A DNA stretch of 63,152 nucleotides, counting the filler, from Cercozoa sp. M6MM (Eukaryota; Protista; Endomyxa: Ascetosporea): NCBI GenBank assembly GCA_040357565.1. It is 11 parts of 11 records of this genome, joined end to end, with 100 filler letters (N's around TTAATTAATTAA, not from the genome) between each part and the next. Parts side by side here need not be neighbours in the genome. Positions count along the whole stretch, not along the records: positions 61,400 to 63,152 come from JBDODJ010001927.1; 10 more parts are not named here. One strand, given 5' to 3'. Below the pieces are notes generated by a model. That model saw only the letters and a list, made by a program, of their open reading frames with translations. It did no database searches and had not been told where the DNA came from. Shown here piece after piece: positions 63,135 to 63,152 of this stretch (position 1 is its first letter; each line of letters begins with the position of its first letter). The position numbers and the translations under genes are program-made.

Positions 63135-63152
63135 GTACAACATATGGGGGGG

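Noticed and set aside
1-63152. Alternative genetic code or non-canonical introns
   Set aside because: TAA, TAG and TGA all terminate conserved genes, and every junction checked resolved as GT-AG. The apparent GC donors at 172 and 21591 gave an implausible frame or had a better GT nearby.
1-63152. CRISPR arrays, tRNA/rRNA genes, transposases or reverse transcriptases, viral genes
   Set aside because: No repeat-spacer structure, cloverleaf, rRNA-like block or mobile-element protein motif was recognised by eye. A covariance-model scan could still find small RNAs.

Overview
This is intron-rich, gene-dense nuclear DNA from a eukaryote, most plausibly a flagellated protist; it is not prokaryotic. 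It is also not one locus. Ten 100-nt spacers (N44-TTAATTAATTAA-N44) join 11 separate contigs, and two plain 100-N gaps lie within one scaffold, so adjacency across spacers means nothing. Genes were rebuilt by hand across short GT-AG introns (mostly about 55-75 nt). Recognisable genes: R2R3-Myb, CFAP97-like, LTO1, PI synthase, MROH1, histidine ammonia-lyase, UDP-sugar pyrophosphorylase, a TFIIIC large-subunit fragment, two ferlin halves, a Ser/Thr kinase, HROB-like, Maf, a class C (GABA-B-like) GPCR, ATR, a CDC20/Fizzy-family WD40, HIBCH-like, an OpuAC-like secreted or receptor protein, CNNM/DUF21, OMA1-like, PEX7, a Cys-rich surface protein and importin-5-like. Several orphan genes are also present. 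Most ORFs in the supplied track are antisense or microsatellite shadows. The most interesting signals are: (1) a ferlin contig whose two halves are complementary and in permuted order, suggesting a collapsed tandem array or a circle; (2) receptors built on bacterial-type solute-binding domains, including a GPCR whose ectodomain resembles trypanosomatid receptor adenylate cyclases; (3) a dispersed, gene-oriented intronic minisatellite of about 12 bp; (4) GTRC-type splice donors; (5) a PEX7 with a Phe/Gly-rich tail. All family assignments come from remembered motifs, not from database searches, and exon boundaries are manual.
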